NCBI GenBank assembly: GCA_002269645.1
Contig: NIVC01000033.1
Coordinates: forward strand, 919,335-983,334
DNA length: 64,000 nt
DNA from: Macrostomum lignano
Taxonomy: Eukaryota
Direction of reading: 5' to 3'
Shown: one piece after another, positions 1 through 11,800 of the stretch
How the letters are laid out: every line of letters begins with the position of its first letter
How positions within the stretch are numbered: position 1 is the first letter of the stretch
Position numbers and translations under genes: made by a program
The notes under the pieces: generated by a model
Seen by the model: only the letters and a program-made list of their open reading frames with translations
What the model was told of the DNA's origin: nothing
Databases searched by the model: none

Positions 1-2400
1 CAAACGGTGACGCAAGTCGTGTGACCCCTTCTCCCCCTCGATGACTCATCGATGACTCATCCCCCTCTCTTGCGCAACCTTTTCTCACGCTATTTTTCTC
101 CTTCCCAAATTTCTCATGCGACACCCACCCCACCTCCGCTTCTATTGTTCTCGTTTTTGATTCTTTTGTTCTCTCGACCCCCACCAATTATCACATTTTC
201 TCCGATTTTCTCTTTCTTTTGTTCTCGTTTTCGCACCTAATTATCACCTTTTCCCCAATGTTTACTTTTCCATTGTTCTCAGTTCTCCCCAATTATCCCC
301 GTTTTCCAATTCCTTTGTTCTCGACCCCAGCCCTATTGTTCTCAATGTTTGCTTGCGCAACACTATCGCGACCACCCGCTGCGCCAATTATCCCCCCACC
401 CCACCTCCGGATTGCGCAATTTCCCTATTTCTCATGTTGCTATGCCGGTCTCATGCTTCTCATCATGACTCATTCTGACGTCATTCTGCCGGCAGCCAAT
501 CAGAGAGAGGGAGCCATGGTAACGACCTTGAGGAGGCGGCTGTGAGGTCTATAAAAGGAAGCGATTTCGACGTGAGAATCCTCAGACTTTCTACGTTTTC
601 CCCTTTCCGGGACTTGTTGTCAGACTGAGTTCTGACCTATTCGTCTATAAGGCGAATCCCTGCCGGTCCGCGGTCTGTTACCGCCAAGTTATCCTTAGCT
701 CCCCAAGTGAGCTCGCCTATCGGCCAGCGGTCTGACACCGCCCAGCATCATCAGCATCGCCTGATCTACTCCAGCGCCTCGTCGCTTCAGCGCACCGCCG
801 CTTCACTGTCTGCCTGACTTCAGCCTACAGCCGCCACCGGTCACTCCGCCTCTCTCTCTCTCTGTGCAGCTGCCGGTAAGTTCCTGTTACTAATTTGTGC
901 TCTAATTGCCTCTGCTTATCCGGGGTTTGCCTATTTTCCATTGTCTGATTAGAGAGCTGAGCCAATTGTGATACCGTATCTTTTGCTGTATTCTACTCAA
1001 TAGTGAGGCCGCCTAATTGCCTGATTATTCGCCTAAGGGCCTAATTATTAACTATTAACTAACTTCATCATTATTCACTCTTTCACCATCATTTAACTCA
1101 TGGCTTGCTAAGCCTTACTCCCGGGGCGGCAAAGCATAAAGAAGTTTGGGTAAGCTAATGGCCTCTCCCCGTGCAAAGCCCGCCTGTGTGAGTGCGTGCG
1201 GCGGGTTCGTGAGTGCGTGCAGTAGAGGGATTAGCGAGTCATGGCACAGAATGTCAGTAGGAAGGTTGCAACCCCATGCTAACGCGCCCCTTCGCCCTGA
1301 GCAATCTAAACTAGAGACAGTACATGTTCGCCTCATACTACTCTTAGTAATCAAAGTCGCAAGTCAGCCTCGCTCACAGCCACAAAGGATCCCCTGCTGA
1401 GAAATCCTCCAGGATTGAGCCCAGAGTTCCCGATCATGCCCCAAGCAGAGTCCCTGTACTCGGCTGCATGTGTCTCCCCTGTTAGCCTAAATCCCCTGGT
1501 AACCAATCCAGGCGGGGCTCTAGCCTCGAGAGGTCTGGTAGAAAGATCCAGGTGCGCCAGGTCACATAGAGTGGTGGCAGCCACTCGGTCATCCCATGAC
1601 CGAGTGACCAACTATTGCACCTTGGCTACAGGTGGGGTCCATGTGGGTCCTTGGCCCTCTGGTCACGAAGCGCTACCAAAGCTACTAATCATGTGGGCGG
1701 GACAGTCTGGTGCTGGAGGTCCGTCAGGTCATTGCCCGGTCATAGGCAGCCTACGGTCATTGCCCCCTCTAGCCAAGCGTTCGTCTCTCAATAGGAGCGG
1801 ACAGGCGACAAGGGCGGTTACATCAGTTAGGCATGTACACTTCACTGCGCCTTGGGGGGTTGGCTCTCAAGGCCGTTAATTGGACGAGCAGAGCCAAGCC
1901 GAGATTCCAATTCAGCCCCAAATTAATGTGACTGCACTTGGAATCGAGCCTGGGTCGCTGGCACACCAGAGCAGCTGCGCTGGGCTACCCTTTGCCCCAG
2001 CTTTTGCACTTATTTTGTTATTTTTATTCGTATTTTTTGCATTCATTTTCTTTATGCGTTATTTGCACTCATTTTCTCTATTTTTTGTTCATTTCTTTTA
2101 CCAATTGCTCATTGGTTCATTTTGTCGTCTGCACCTAAGCCTCCTCTCTTGCAGTAGTTCTCTACCACCCCGCGTGCTGATTGGCTTCGCCGTAGCGTTC
2201 TGACCGGGGGCCGTGCGTTTGGTTTGCACTTCTCTCTATCCCTGTCTGTCTGTCGGCTTAGGGTTGTTAGTTATTTCATCTTTGCATCTATATTATTAGG
2301 GTCGCGCGCCCGTCGCCTCTTTGTTAGAGTTGTGCCGCCCGAGGGCTGAAATATCGCACCTACATAACTTAACTAACATAAATAAATCAGAACAGTGGCC
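1..2400 (+). mobile_element. Putative LTR / LTR-like transcription unit (left end outside window)
   Basis: Promoter motifs (TATAAAA 550-556, CCAAT 496-500), splice donor GTAAGT at 876, AATAAA at 2381-2386, then ...AGAACA (ends 2394) followed by G-TGGCC, which resembles an LTR 3' end plus primer-binding-site junction (CA-N-TGG). No gag/pol ORF and no second LTR were recognised, so the assignment is weak. Confidence 0.35.
42..556 (+). promoter_or_regulatory. Pol II promoter-like cluster: 3x AP-1, CRE, CCAAT, TATA
   Basis: TGACTCA at 42-48, 53-59 and 466-472; TGACGTCA at 476-483; CCAAT at 496-500; TATAAAA at 550-556. Order and spacing fit a TATA promoter with a start near 580. Confidence 0.5.
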
Positions 2401-2647
2401 TACGGCTTGAACATGAGTAAGTTAAGTTATCAGAGCGACGACAGCAAGGAACCTCTAGTTCGGCGGCGGCCGAGAAAGTGTGCGAGTTCTTGGTGTGAGT
2501 TCTTTGGGGTCATTCGACCCTGGTTGCTGGCCTCTAGTCTGTGAGTGCAGCGCGACTGTGAGTTGGTAAGCAAGTTGGAGTGCTGACCTCCCTGCTCGTA
2601 CTGAGCGTGAGGTAAGGCCGGCTGGTCCGTCTCGGGACACAACAAAA

Positions 2648-2735
2648 TGCTTGAAAAAAAACCAATGAAAACCAGGCGGACGCTTCAATCCATCCAATCT
2701 TCGCCCTCCGATCTTCCCAATCCTCCTCACCCAGC
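2648..2735 (+). repeat. Dispersed repeat, copy 1 (inverted copy at 29715-29799)
   Basis: tgcttgaaaaaaaaccaatgaaaaccaggcggacgcttcaatccatccaatcttcgccctccg...cctcacccagc matches the reverse complement of 29715-29799 with a few substitutions and indels. Confidence 0.85.
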
Positions 2736-2913
2736 CCAACTCTGCCTCGCGTGGCGCAGGTTGCGTCACCCAAAAGTCAATCCTGAGCTGGAATTTACTG
2801 CGCACTCTCAAAGGTGGCGACTTTTTATTGTTGTTGCGTTTAACTCTTTTTTTCTGCCAGAGAAAAAATCCATGTAATAACTTTGCTCTGTTTGGCTGTC
2901 TGCAATAGTACAT

Positions 2914-3095
2914 TAATACCCATGCTTTAAGGGCGTTAATGGGAAAATCAGAGGGCGCCTAGCCCCCCACATTACGCAACCCCTACCCAACAACACGCGG
3001 GGAGGGGTGGGGGAGCGGGGGGTGGGGGAGCGGGGGGTGTGGGGGGCACGGCGCCCTCTGATTTTCCCATTAACGCCCTTAAAGCATGGGTATTA
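2914..3095. mobile_element. MITE-like foldback element with 46-bp perfect terminal inverted repeats
   Basis: 2914-2959 (taatacccatgctttaagggcgttaatgggaaaatcagagggcgcc) is the exact reverse complement of 3050-3095. An inner gccccccaca/tgtggggggc pair extends the stem, and the interior is C-rich then G-rich. Confidence 0.8.
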
Positions 3096-3309
3096 CTATC
3101 ATTGTGCCATAGACATTTGTGTCCATGACAAATGATATTAACTGCCCGCTAATTTGCATTAGAGTAAGTTTGAAATAGACAATCGGGCGTTAAATGTCAA
3201 TAATCCATAGAAATAAAGACTTTCCGTGACAATTTTTGCGTTCTCCGGGATTTTCTTTGGTAATATTCAATAATATCCCGCAAAGTCTTAATGTCTATGG
3301 TTTATACGA

Positions 3310-3408
3310 GATTACACATGCCTTTTTCGGGAGTTATTTTCATAAATCCCTCGGGCCTCAGGCTCTCGTGATTTATACAAATAACTCCCTCAAAAGGCAT
3401 GTTTAATC
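3310..3408. repeat. Imperfect ~48-bp-arm palindrome flanked by ~30-bp direct repeats
   Basis: gattacacatgccttttt...cgggcc / tca loop / ggctctc...aaaaggcatgtttaatc. The direct repeat taactgcccgctaatttgcatta(g/a)agtaagt lies on both sides (about 3139 and 3416). Confidence 0.65.
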
Positions 3409-4435
3409 TGATACTTAACTGCCCGCTAATTTGCATTAAAGTAAGTGTGACTCCTGCAAGCGGGCTTAAATGTAGTCTATGGCATTAAAAGGCAAGAATA
3501 AGTGCCAAGCGGGCACAAAGGTCATGGTACAATTGATTTTCTCGAGAACGACCTCGCCAATCCTATCCTATGAGTTGTCTATATGTGTGAGATAGATTTC
3601 AGAAAAAAACGGCTCAACCGATTTTCTTCAAACTTGCACCATTCGATCAGATATTTTCCTGTGACAGTAAACGCATTGTGGCTAAGAAAGTGCTCAATGT
3701 TAAAGGGATTAAATATTCGAAAAATATGCTTTTTTGCAAAGGTCAAGCAGCTCTTTCGATTTGCAATGTATTGTAAGAATGCTAGAGAAAAATTGACGGA
3801 CTGAATTCTGATTCTGATAAAGATTGCATCACAACAATTTGAAAACAGTGTCGAAGAAAGGCACACAAGACTTGATTGAGATTGCGTAACTAGATTGTTC
3901 TTTTATTGTCCGTGTACTGGCTGAATTTTGCAACTGGCTTTAATTGCCTCGCGGTGTTAAAAATACAGAGTCAAAGCATGACTAATACATGTACCCCATG
4001 GGGTACTAATTGGGGTAAAAACCGTGTATCAGCCAGCGTGCATACAATACGTATTGCTGCACGCTAGCTGATGTCTATGGTATGACAATGTGAGAGAAGC
4101 ACGGCTTGCTTATGCAGCAACGCCATAGACTCGTGCGCTACTACTACCACTAGTGTGCGTAGCACACGAGTGTCCACGGCGTTGATGGACGAGCAAGCCG
4201 CGTGCACTATCTCCCGATTGAGTTGACGCATCTAGTGTTTTTAGGATCCGTGATCAAGCCTCAAGTTTTGAAAGGAAGCTACATGTATAGTCGCCAAGTT
4301 TAAACTATCCAAAAAAGTCACTAACTATTCCTTTTTGCGGCCTAGTTGGTACTGCAAGCTTTCAATTTAATCATAGATACGGAAACCAGGCTTGTGAGAC
4401 TGAAAATGTTCTTTCTATGGTCGACACTCGCTGGC

Positions 4436-4980
4436 ATAGCGGAGTTCAATTTAATCCTAAAGGTATCAATTTGATCATTCTACTCATATAACGTTAGAGA
4501 TATCCAGTGCTATAACACAAGTCGTTTAATTATCGTCGAAAAAACTGAAAACAGAACGACACAATAAACAAATGAACACTTTAGCGCTAAATATCATCAA
4601 GTAAAAAAATGTTCAGATGACTGGCTGTCCGGCGATGCAGGCTGGAATAAACTTTTGCATAAATTCCCCTGGAATTTATCGGAACTTCATCGGACTATCG
4701 CCGCGCTCTAAAGCGGTGACAATCAGACCGTCTTGATCTTGTTGCTAATCTTGTTGTACTGACCGCATTGTACTTGGGCTGGCTGCTCATGCCGTAATTT
4801 GCCTGGTCGTTATTTGCAGTTACAACAAACTCCAATCACTGCCATCATCTTCAAGTAGCTCGTCCGGATTACTCATTAAAACAAACCAGTTAAAAACAAG
4901 TTACGATGACAGTAAAAATGTGCATTGAATACATAGAATGATCAAACTGATGCCCCCAGGATTAAATTGAACTCCGCTAT
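4436..4980. mobile_element. Non-autonomous TIR element (47-bp imperfect TIRs)
   Basis: 4436-4482 atagcggagttcaatttaatcctaaaggtatcaatttgatcattcta pairs with 4934-4980 tagaatgatcaaactgatgcccccaggattaaattgaactccgctat. No internal ORF. The TA near each end could be a target-site duplication. Confidence 0.7.
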
Positions 4981-5816
4981 TAAATTAAATTGAAGTGCCG
5001 CAAAAAGGAATACTATGCGTAGCAAGCGTTTGAATATACTCCAATTCTCATTATACTCGTAAGACAACACATCTACGTAGCTGTGGACTGACAATCTCTA
5101 AATCGAATTTATTTTTTTTGCTGAGCATATAATACTAACAGTAGCTAGACAGGATCAATTTGGTCCAAACAAAGTTGGTCCTATTGAACCGCGGTGGCTG
5201 ATGCAGCATTCACTCTCAGCAAGCTGCCAATCCAAATGCACTAGCACATAGAGCAGAGATGAAAATAATACGTCTCGAAAAATTTACGCAATTAAAAAAC
5301 CTTGTTATATGAGGTAAAAACAACAATAAAATTTGAGGTAAGAGAGCATCGCATCGAAGCACGCGTCATCAAAGAGCTGTTTTGTAGTACAGACATCGAA
5401 CATTAATAGAATATAAATATTCATAGCGCTGAACCGATTAACAGTTCGAAGGAATGGTGAGGTTAAACTAAAACTACTGCTAACAGACCTTTGTACATGA
5501 ATTTCAGGTTTAGGACGATCTGTTCTAGTTTTTTGATAGACTATTGATGACAGAAAAGTAAGGCAAGGAGATCATTGACACTGAGCATTTTTAGCAGAAC
5601 TGCCTCACTGTCTGCGGTCTGTGAGGTGATGCCACCAATGCTCTGCGATGCAAATGAGACGCGAATGAAAAAGCTACGCTGCTTTCAATAAAAGTACACA
5701 TTACGTCATGCAATCTACGATAAAGGCAAAACGGAAGCTCGAGCTAATTTTAAGCTGCCGCTAACTTTCGATCTACAGTGAATTGTAAGACCGAAGTTCA
5801 ATTAGCAGTGCCGAAA

Positions 5817-8800
5817 TCAGACGTAGGAGACTCCCCTGGGCGGGTACACCATCGGCTCTTCCTCTCTGACACCCTCCAACTGCCGGCCGCTTCCTGGCGC
5901 TGTCGCTGCCGACCCTGCTGGTGCCGGCGTTGCGGTTGCCGGTGGCATCGGCGACGGGCAGGAGTTCGGCTGGTAAAAGTACAAATCGCTGAACTGGCTA
6001 AAGCGGACCGTGCCGCCGCCGCCGCCGCCGCCGCTGCTGCTGGCGCTGGCGTAGCCGCTGCCGGCGTCAGCTGAGGACACAGACCCGGGGGGAGATGCGG
6101 TTGTACTTGATGCTACTGCCGATAGAATTAGCTGTTGTTGTGTCGGTTGCTGTTGCTGTTGTTGTTTTTGGTGCTTCTGAGGATGCAGCTGCGGTCCACT
6201 AAGGCTTGCTAAACCAGTTGAGTTACACCTGAAAGTTTGGATGGTCACTCTTGAACCTTTTTGGCGGAGGACGAAAAAGAAGACAATAAATCAGTTCATT
6301 GATTTACATGATCTACATGACCTGATGCTGCAGTTGCACTGTTTGGCTCTTTTTGCGTCCCAATCTGAACTTCTATTTATTCTGAGCTGTCACTCTACCA
6401 CAGCAGTTTTTGTTGATCTGCCCCTTGCATATACAGGGAGTGACTAAATGGGCGATGCAAATCTATTGAGTGGGAAAGGTAATGTGTTGCTATCGTAAAT
6501 CTGGGGCAATGAATTAAGACGTAGATCGTACATGTGAGCTTCAATGAAATCTTCAGGGGTTTGACTGGGAGCTGTGAATCGATTTGGGTCAAAGCAGGAT
6601 TATTCGTTCGTACCGGGCAAGAAGCTGCTGATTCTGCTGCGAGGAGGCGCGCTGAGGCGGCAACGGTGGCGGCGGCGGCGGCAGCGGCGGTGAGGGCAGC
6701 AGGTAGCAGCCACCGGTTAGGTCGCTCATTTCCTCCTCATCTGCCAGCTGAGGTGGCGGCGGCGGAGGAACTGGCGAAGCGGCCGCAACAAGCGCTGGAT
6801 GCCGTTGTCCGCAGTCCGCATCGTCGATTTCGTCGATGTCAGCTTTGTCCACGTCGTTACAGACGATTTCGTCTGTTTGAGGCAACTGAAACTGCTGCTG
6901 CTGCGGCTGTTGCTGCGGCTGCTGATTCAGCCGCTGTCGCTGACGATGCCGACGCTTTCCGCGCAGGCGGACAACCACGATGAAGGCAATGCAGGTTGCC
7001 AGGAGCAGGGCGCCCACGACTGCCGCGGTGACGGAGATCAGGATGATGTCTTCCTCTATGGAGATAAAACATTTGAGAAAAATTAAATAAAAGCTGATTT
7101 TATATGCTTTTCAACCTAGCCCAGGTTAAATGGGAAGAGAAAGCGAGAGCTTTGAGTTCGGAATCAGAGTAAAAGGGAGACGAAGAGAAAAAGCCGAAAA
7201 GCAGAGACGCAGAGAGAATTTCGAATAGAGAACCACCGAGCAATGAACCGTCGGTCACCCAGAGTGGGCCCTGGACTGCCTGCATACGCTCAGCTCCCAT
7301 TAGTAGCCATCAGGCCCTCGTGGCTCCCTGTCCGATGCCAAGCTGGGAGGCGATTAGTCACTCGCCGGTCGGGATTAGCCAGCAGTGGCATTAAAAATTT
7401 ACTTCAAAGCGGACCGGAGGGAGACAAATTAAAGTGAAAAGGAGAACCCGGGGAGGGGGGCAGGTAGATGCCTAGAACACCACTTTTAGCAACCCGGGCT
7501 CTTCCCTGTTCCCGTCCCAATCCTAGGGAGTAGTTGGGAGGAGAAACAGGAAAATTTCTTACGTTCGTATCTCTCCCCACTCTGCTCCCCCTTGAGCAGC
7601 GAGGTCGATGGGGTCAGGCGGTGTTGCATTTTTAATTGAACACTACAGAATTACGATTCTCGAAAGGAAGAGGATAAATGAAGATGAATAAGTGGAGTAA
7701 AGAGGTCCCTTGTCTAAAGTGTTCTGCTAGCACTGACGATTGAGTGCTACCTCATAATCTCTGACATGCATTTTCAGAGTTCTTCAGGTTTCACCTTAGG
7801 TAGGCTGCCCACTGTAACTAAAGTGTAAGGCTGTCAACTGTCGGCTGGAAAAAATAAATATTTAACTTTTTTAATTGAATCACTACACAAATCACTTTGG
7901 TTATTGTCCTCCTGATCACCAAATTATTGTGATCGTGATTTTCGATAAAGGGAAAATGACGTGTTACCTGTCAACTGGGCTTTATTTTCCTCACGTTTCC
8001 TCAATTGCTCTTCAGAAAATACTGCTTTGTGTGTTATAGACACTTTTTCCCAGTAACCTGCGCTAAGTTTTACAATCAAGCTTAGCCTTAAAGCACTGGA
8101 GAACTGCTTGAGGCACAGTGAGTTACCAGTGCAAAGGGACGAGAGCAGCTGTGACGGAGTAAGTTGAGTCTTACAAGAGTGAAATGAAAAGACAAGGAAT
8201 AGAAAGTCATTTGCGTAGGGGACTTCCAGAGCGATAAACTCTGGATGGAGTGCCCTCTGAGCTGCCTTCAAGGGTTCACTGAGTTGTGAAATGCGATTCC
8301 TCACGGTTCAATCTCAAACTCCCTTTCCATCTTGTCCGTTTCTCTTTCTAGCGGTTTCCTTGAAACCGGGAACAATTCCATCTTGTCCGTTTCTCTTTCT
8401 AGCGGTTTCCTTGAAACCGGGAACAATTCCATCTTGTCCATTTCTCTTTCTAGCGGTTTCCTTGAAACCGGGAACAATTCCATCTTGTCCGTTTCTCTTT
8501 CTAGCGGTTTCCTTGAAACCGGGAACAATTCCATCTTGTCCATTTCTCTTTCTAGCGGTTTCCTTGAAACCGGGAACAATTCCATCTTGTCCGTTTCTCT
8601 TTCTAGCGGTTTCGTTGAAACCGGGAACAATTCCATCTTGTCCATTTCTCTTTCTAGCGGTTTCCTTGAAACCGGGAACAATTCCATCTTGTCCGTTTCT
8701 CTTTCTAGCGGTTTCGTTGAAACCGGGAACAATTCCATCTTGTCCATTTCTCTTTCTAGCGGTTTCCTTGAAACCGGGAACAATTCCATCTTGTCCGTTT

Positions 8801-11800
8801 CTCTTTCTAGCGGTTTCCTTGAAACCGGGAACAATTCCATCTTGTCCGTTTCTCTTTCTAGCGGTTTCCTTGAAACCGGGAACAATTCCATCTTGTCCGT
8901 TTCTCTTTCTAGCAGTTTCCTTGAAACCGGGAACAATTCCATCTTGTCCGTTTCTCTTTCTAGCGGTTTCGTTGAAACCGGGAACAATTCCATCTTGTCC
9001 ATTTCTCTTTCTAGCAGTTTCCTTGAAACCGGGAACAATTCCATCTTGTCCGTTTCTCTTTCTAGCGGTTTCCTTGAAACCGGGAACAATTCCATCTTGT
9101 CCATTTCTCTTTCTAGCGGTTTCCTTGAAACCGGGAACAATTCCATCTTGTCCGTTTCTCTTTCTAGCGGTTTCGTTGAAACCGGGAACAATTCCATCTT
9201 GTCCATTTCTCTTTCTAGCGGTTTCCTTGAAACCGGGAACAATTCCATCTTGTCCGTTTCTCTTTCTAGCGGTTTCCTTGAAACCGGGAACAGTTCCATC
9301 TTGTCCGTTTCTCTTTCTAGCGGTTTCCTTGAAACCGGGAACAATTCCATCTTGTCCATTTCTCTTTCTAGCGGTTTCCTTGAAACCGGGAACAATTCCA
9401 TCTTGTCCGTTTCTCTTTCTAGCGGTTTCGTTGAAACCGGGAACAATTCCATCTTGTCCATTTCTCTTTTTAGCGGTTTCCTTGAAACCGGGAACAATTC
9501 CATCTTGTCCATTTCTCTTTCTAGCGGTTTCCTTGAAACCGGGAACAATTCCATCTTGTCCATTTCTCTTTCTAGCGGTTTCCTTGAAACCGGGAACAAT
9601 TCGGCGCAAATTGGGATGTCTGGAGAGTTGGATTCGGTCTAGATGGACTTGACCGCAAAGTCCAACTCAGATTCCTCTGAGTTGCAAAACTTTATTAGAA
9701 TTGTGGAAATTCTGAGATTTCGATCGATATTTTCAACAGTTTTCCCGCTCTGACCAGTATTTCTTCTTACAGCCGAGGTCTCAAAGCAGGAAATTGTTCG
9801 CGGTAGTTGGCGTGGCAGCTCTACTAATCGAATCCTCCATCCAAGCGGACTTTCCCTATCGATAAAATATCCCCTTGGCGCCCTGGGACGGCTGGGGAGC
9901 TGCAGATTGCTCATAATCGAAGCTGCACAGAAATTTTCTCTTGGACTCCCTGGCGTTGAAGGGGGACGCGAGTTCTCGGGGCGCCCGCAGTCAAACTGAC
10001 ACCGAGATGCAAAGCAAGTCAAGAGTAGAGGCTGATGAGGAGTAACAGAGAGGCGTAATAAAATTCTATTGATCGTCAATGCTGAGGATGAGGTGCTTCG
10101 TTTTGCTGTCTAGAAGGCAATGAGTGCGAATAGTGGAATCCGAAAGCCGGGAAAGAATAGACTTTGTAGCGGTTCCAGGTTAAATTCATGTATGAAAATT
10201 GCGTCTTTTTTCGACTAATTTTTTGACACCAGGAAAACAGCGAGTGGTAAGCAGTCTGAACTGCTCACTGAGGAACGAAAATCTCTTGGAGTGGACGATC
10301 CGATACGGAAATCCATGGTAACTACTTTAACAGTCCAAAGGGCCAAATATTCATCCCTATTAAGAGGGAAAGCTTGACGGTCCCTTCTTACATCCCGAAA
10401 TAAGCATTCCCAAGAGTTTTGCGGGAGGTTAGTTGGAGAACGTAATCCCTAGGTCCGTCAGTAGCAAAAACGGGAGAGTGCATGACATCCTCGATTCGGA
10501 ATTGGTCGTGACACTTCAATCTATGACTGGGCGCTTGTCCTCATCCTCTGCCTGCCCCATGTCATTTTCCCTGGACTCCGAGGCTGTAACAAGCCCAGCG
10601 GAAGCCACTAAAGTGCTCGCGACAAAGGCCAGAAGCACGGCTTCTTGTGTCATTTCCGCGATCGCAGAATTAGATTCTACAACAGTTGGTCCGTGACAGG
10701 AAAATCTTAAACAACTTTTATCCGACTTGAAGCAATACAGTGATCGTGGGACTGGCCCGTGGGAATAACATTGCGATCGACAAAATTCCGAATTCTCGAA
10801 TATAGTTTCAACAAAACATTTGTCGCACAGATTCCATTGTCTACCCGGGTATTTCAGATACTAAGCGCCAGGACTTTGAAGTCTGTGAAAAAATAGGATC
10901 GAAAAAATTCGCGATCATCTCGAAAACCTGAAGGCCTAGCTAATTTGAACGTTTGTTACCTTCAGAAAAATCTGCCTAGATTGAATTAATTGAGCCAGGA
11001 AACTTAAGATATTTACTGTTGACCATTAGAAACACTGGCCACATCACCGAATGTCCTTTAAACTTTATTATTCATACATAGGGCAGTTACTTTCTAACAG
11101 CGGGCAGTTTGGTCTGGTCACAGACAATTGTAATATACGCAAGTTTGATTTAATGTCAAATGTCAAATATCAAAATGTGAAAATTATGATATTTTGTGAG
11201 ATGTCAACTGCTCTCACACAGCATGTGGGTGTTAGAAAGTGATTAACTCTAGCAAAATAAACTACTTCCTGCTTGTATCATCCTACATGGTACATGGTAT
11301 CCTACATCCTACATGCATCCAACTTGTTTCCAAACCAAAACCTATCTATAAGCGGACACTCACTCTCGTTGCCAGCATTGGGTCCTTGTTTCTTTCCGCG
11401 TCGCAGCTGAGACTCCTGCCCAGCTTCAGCCTCGTCGCCTGCCGCAGCTGCAGCCGCCGCAGCTGCTGACAGCTGCTGACGACCTCCACCCTGGTCGTTT
11501 TGTGCAACATCGGCGCCACCATTTTTGGGCGACGAAGTATCTTTAGCTGTCACTGAACCTTGGTTCTGGTTCTGACTGACCTTATTTGACCTTTGTTGCA
11601 CAGTGCTCACTGTTTGCGGACTGTTGGCGTAGTAATGCAGCGGAACTGAAAATGCACAAGCTTAGTCTTTTAAGTGAATGCGAATAGGTCCCGCATACAC
11701 ATGATGCTCCTGGATATATTAGTGCGCTCAAAAAGTCACTATACATATACATGTACGTAACTAAGGCTTAAAAACACAGCTGATATTCACAAGACATTCT

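Noticed and set aside
3540-3900. Helitron/DINE-like non-autonomous repeat (aaacggctcaaccgattttcttcaaactt)
   Set aside because: Only a short motif resemblance; no termini or second copy visible in the window.
7924-8304. Reverse transcriptase remnant (PYANDFLFLV resembling YADD)
   Set aside because: Only one degenerate motif plus a vague downstream match; no other RT motifs found on either side of the repeat.
8325-9601. CRISPR array (palindromic repeat units)
   Set aside because: Units are contiguous with no unique spacers, no cas genes are present, and the host is a eukaryote.
8291-9652. Four 431-453 aa ORFs across the 51-bp repeat as protein-coding genes
   Set aside because: They are open only because a 17-codon unit lacks stops in those frames; they lie in an intron and have no domain, splice or promoter support.
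10516-10653. 45-aa minus-strand ORF with signal-peptide-like start and KR site (MTQEAVLLAFVASTLVASAG...DKRPVID)
   Set aside because: Too short, intronic, no repeated or amidated peptide motif and no promoter evidence; compatible with chance.
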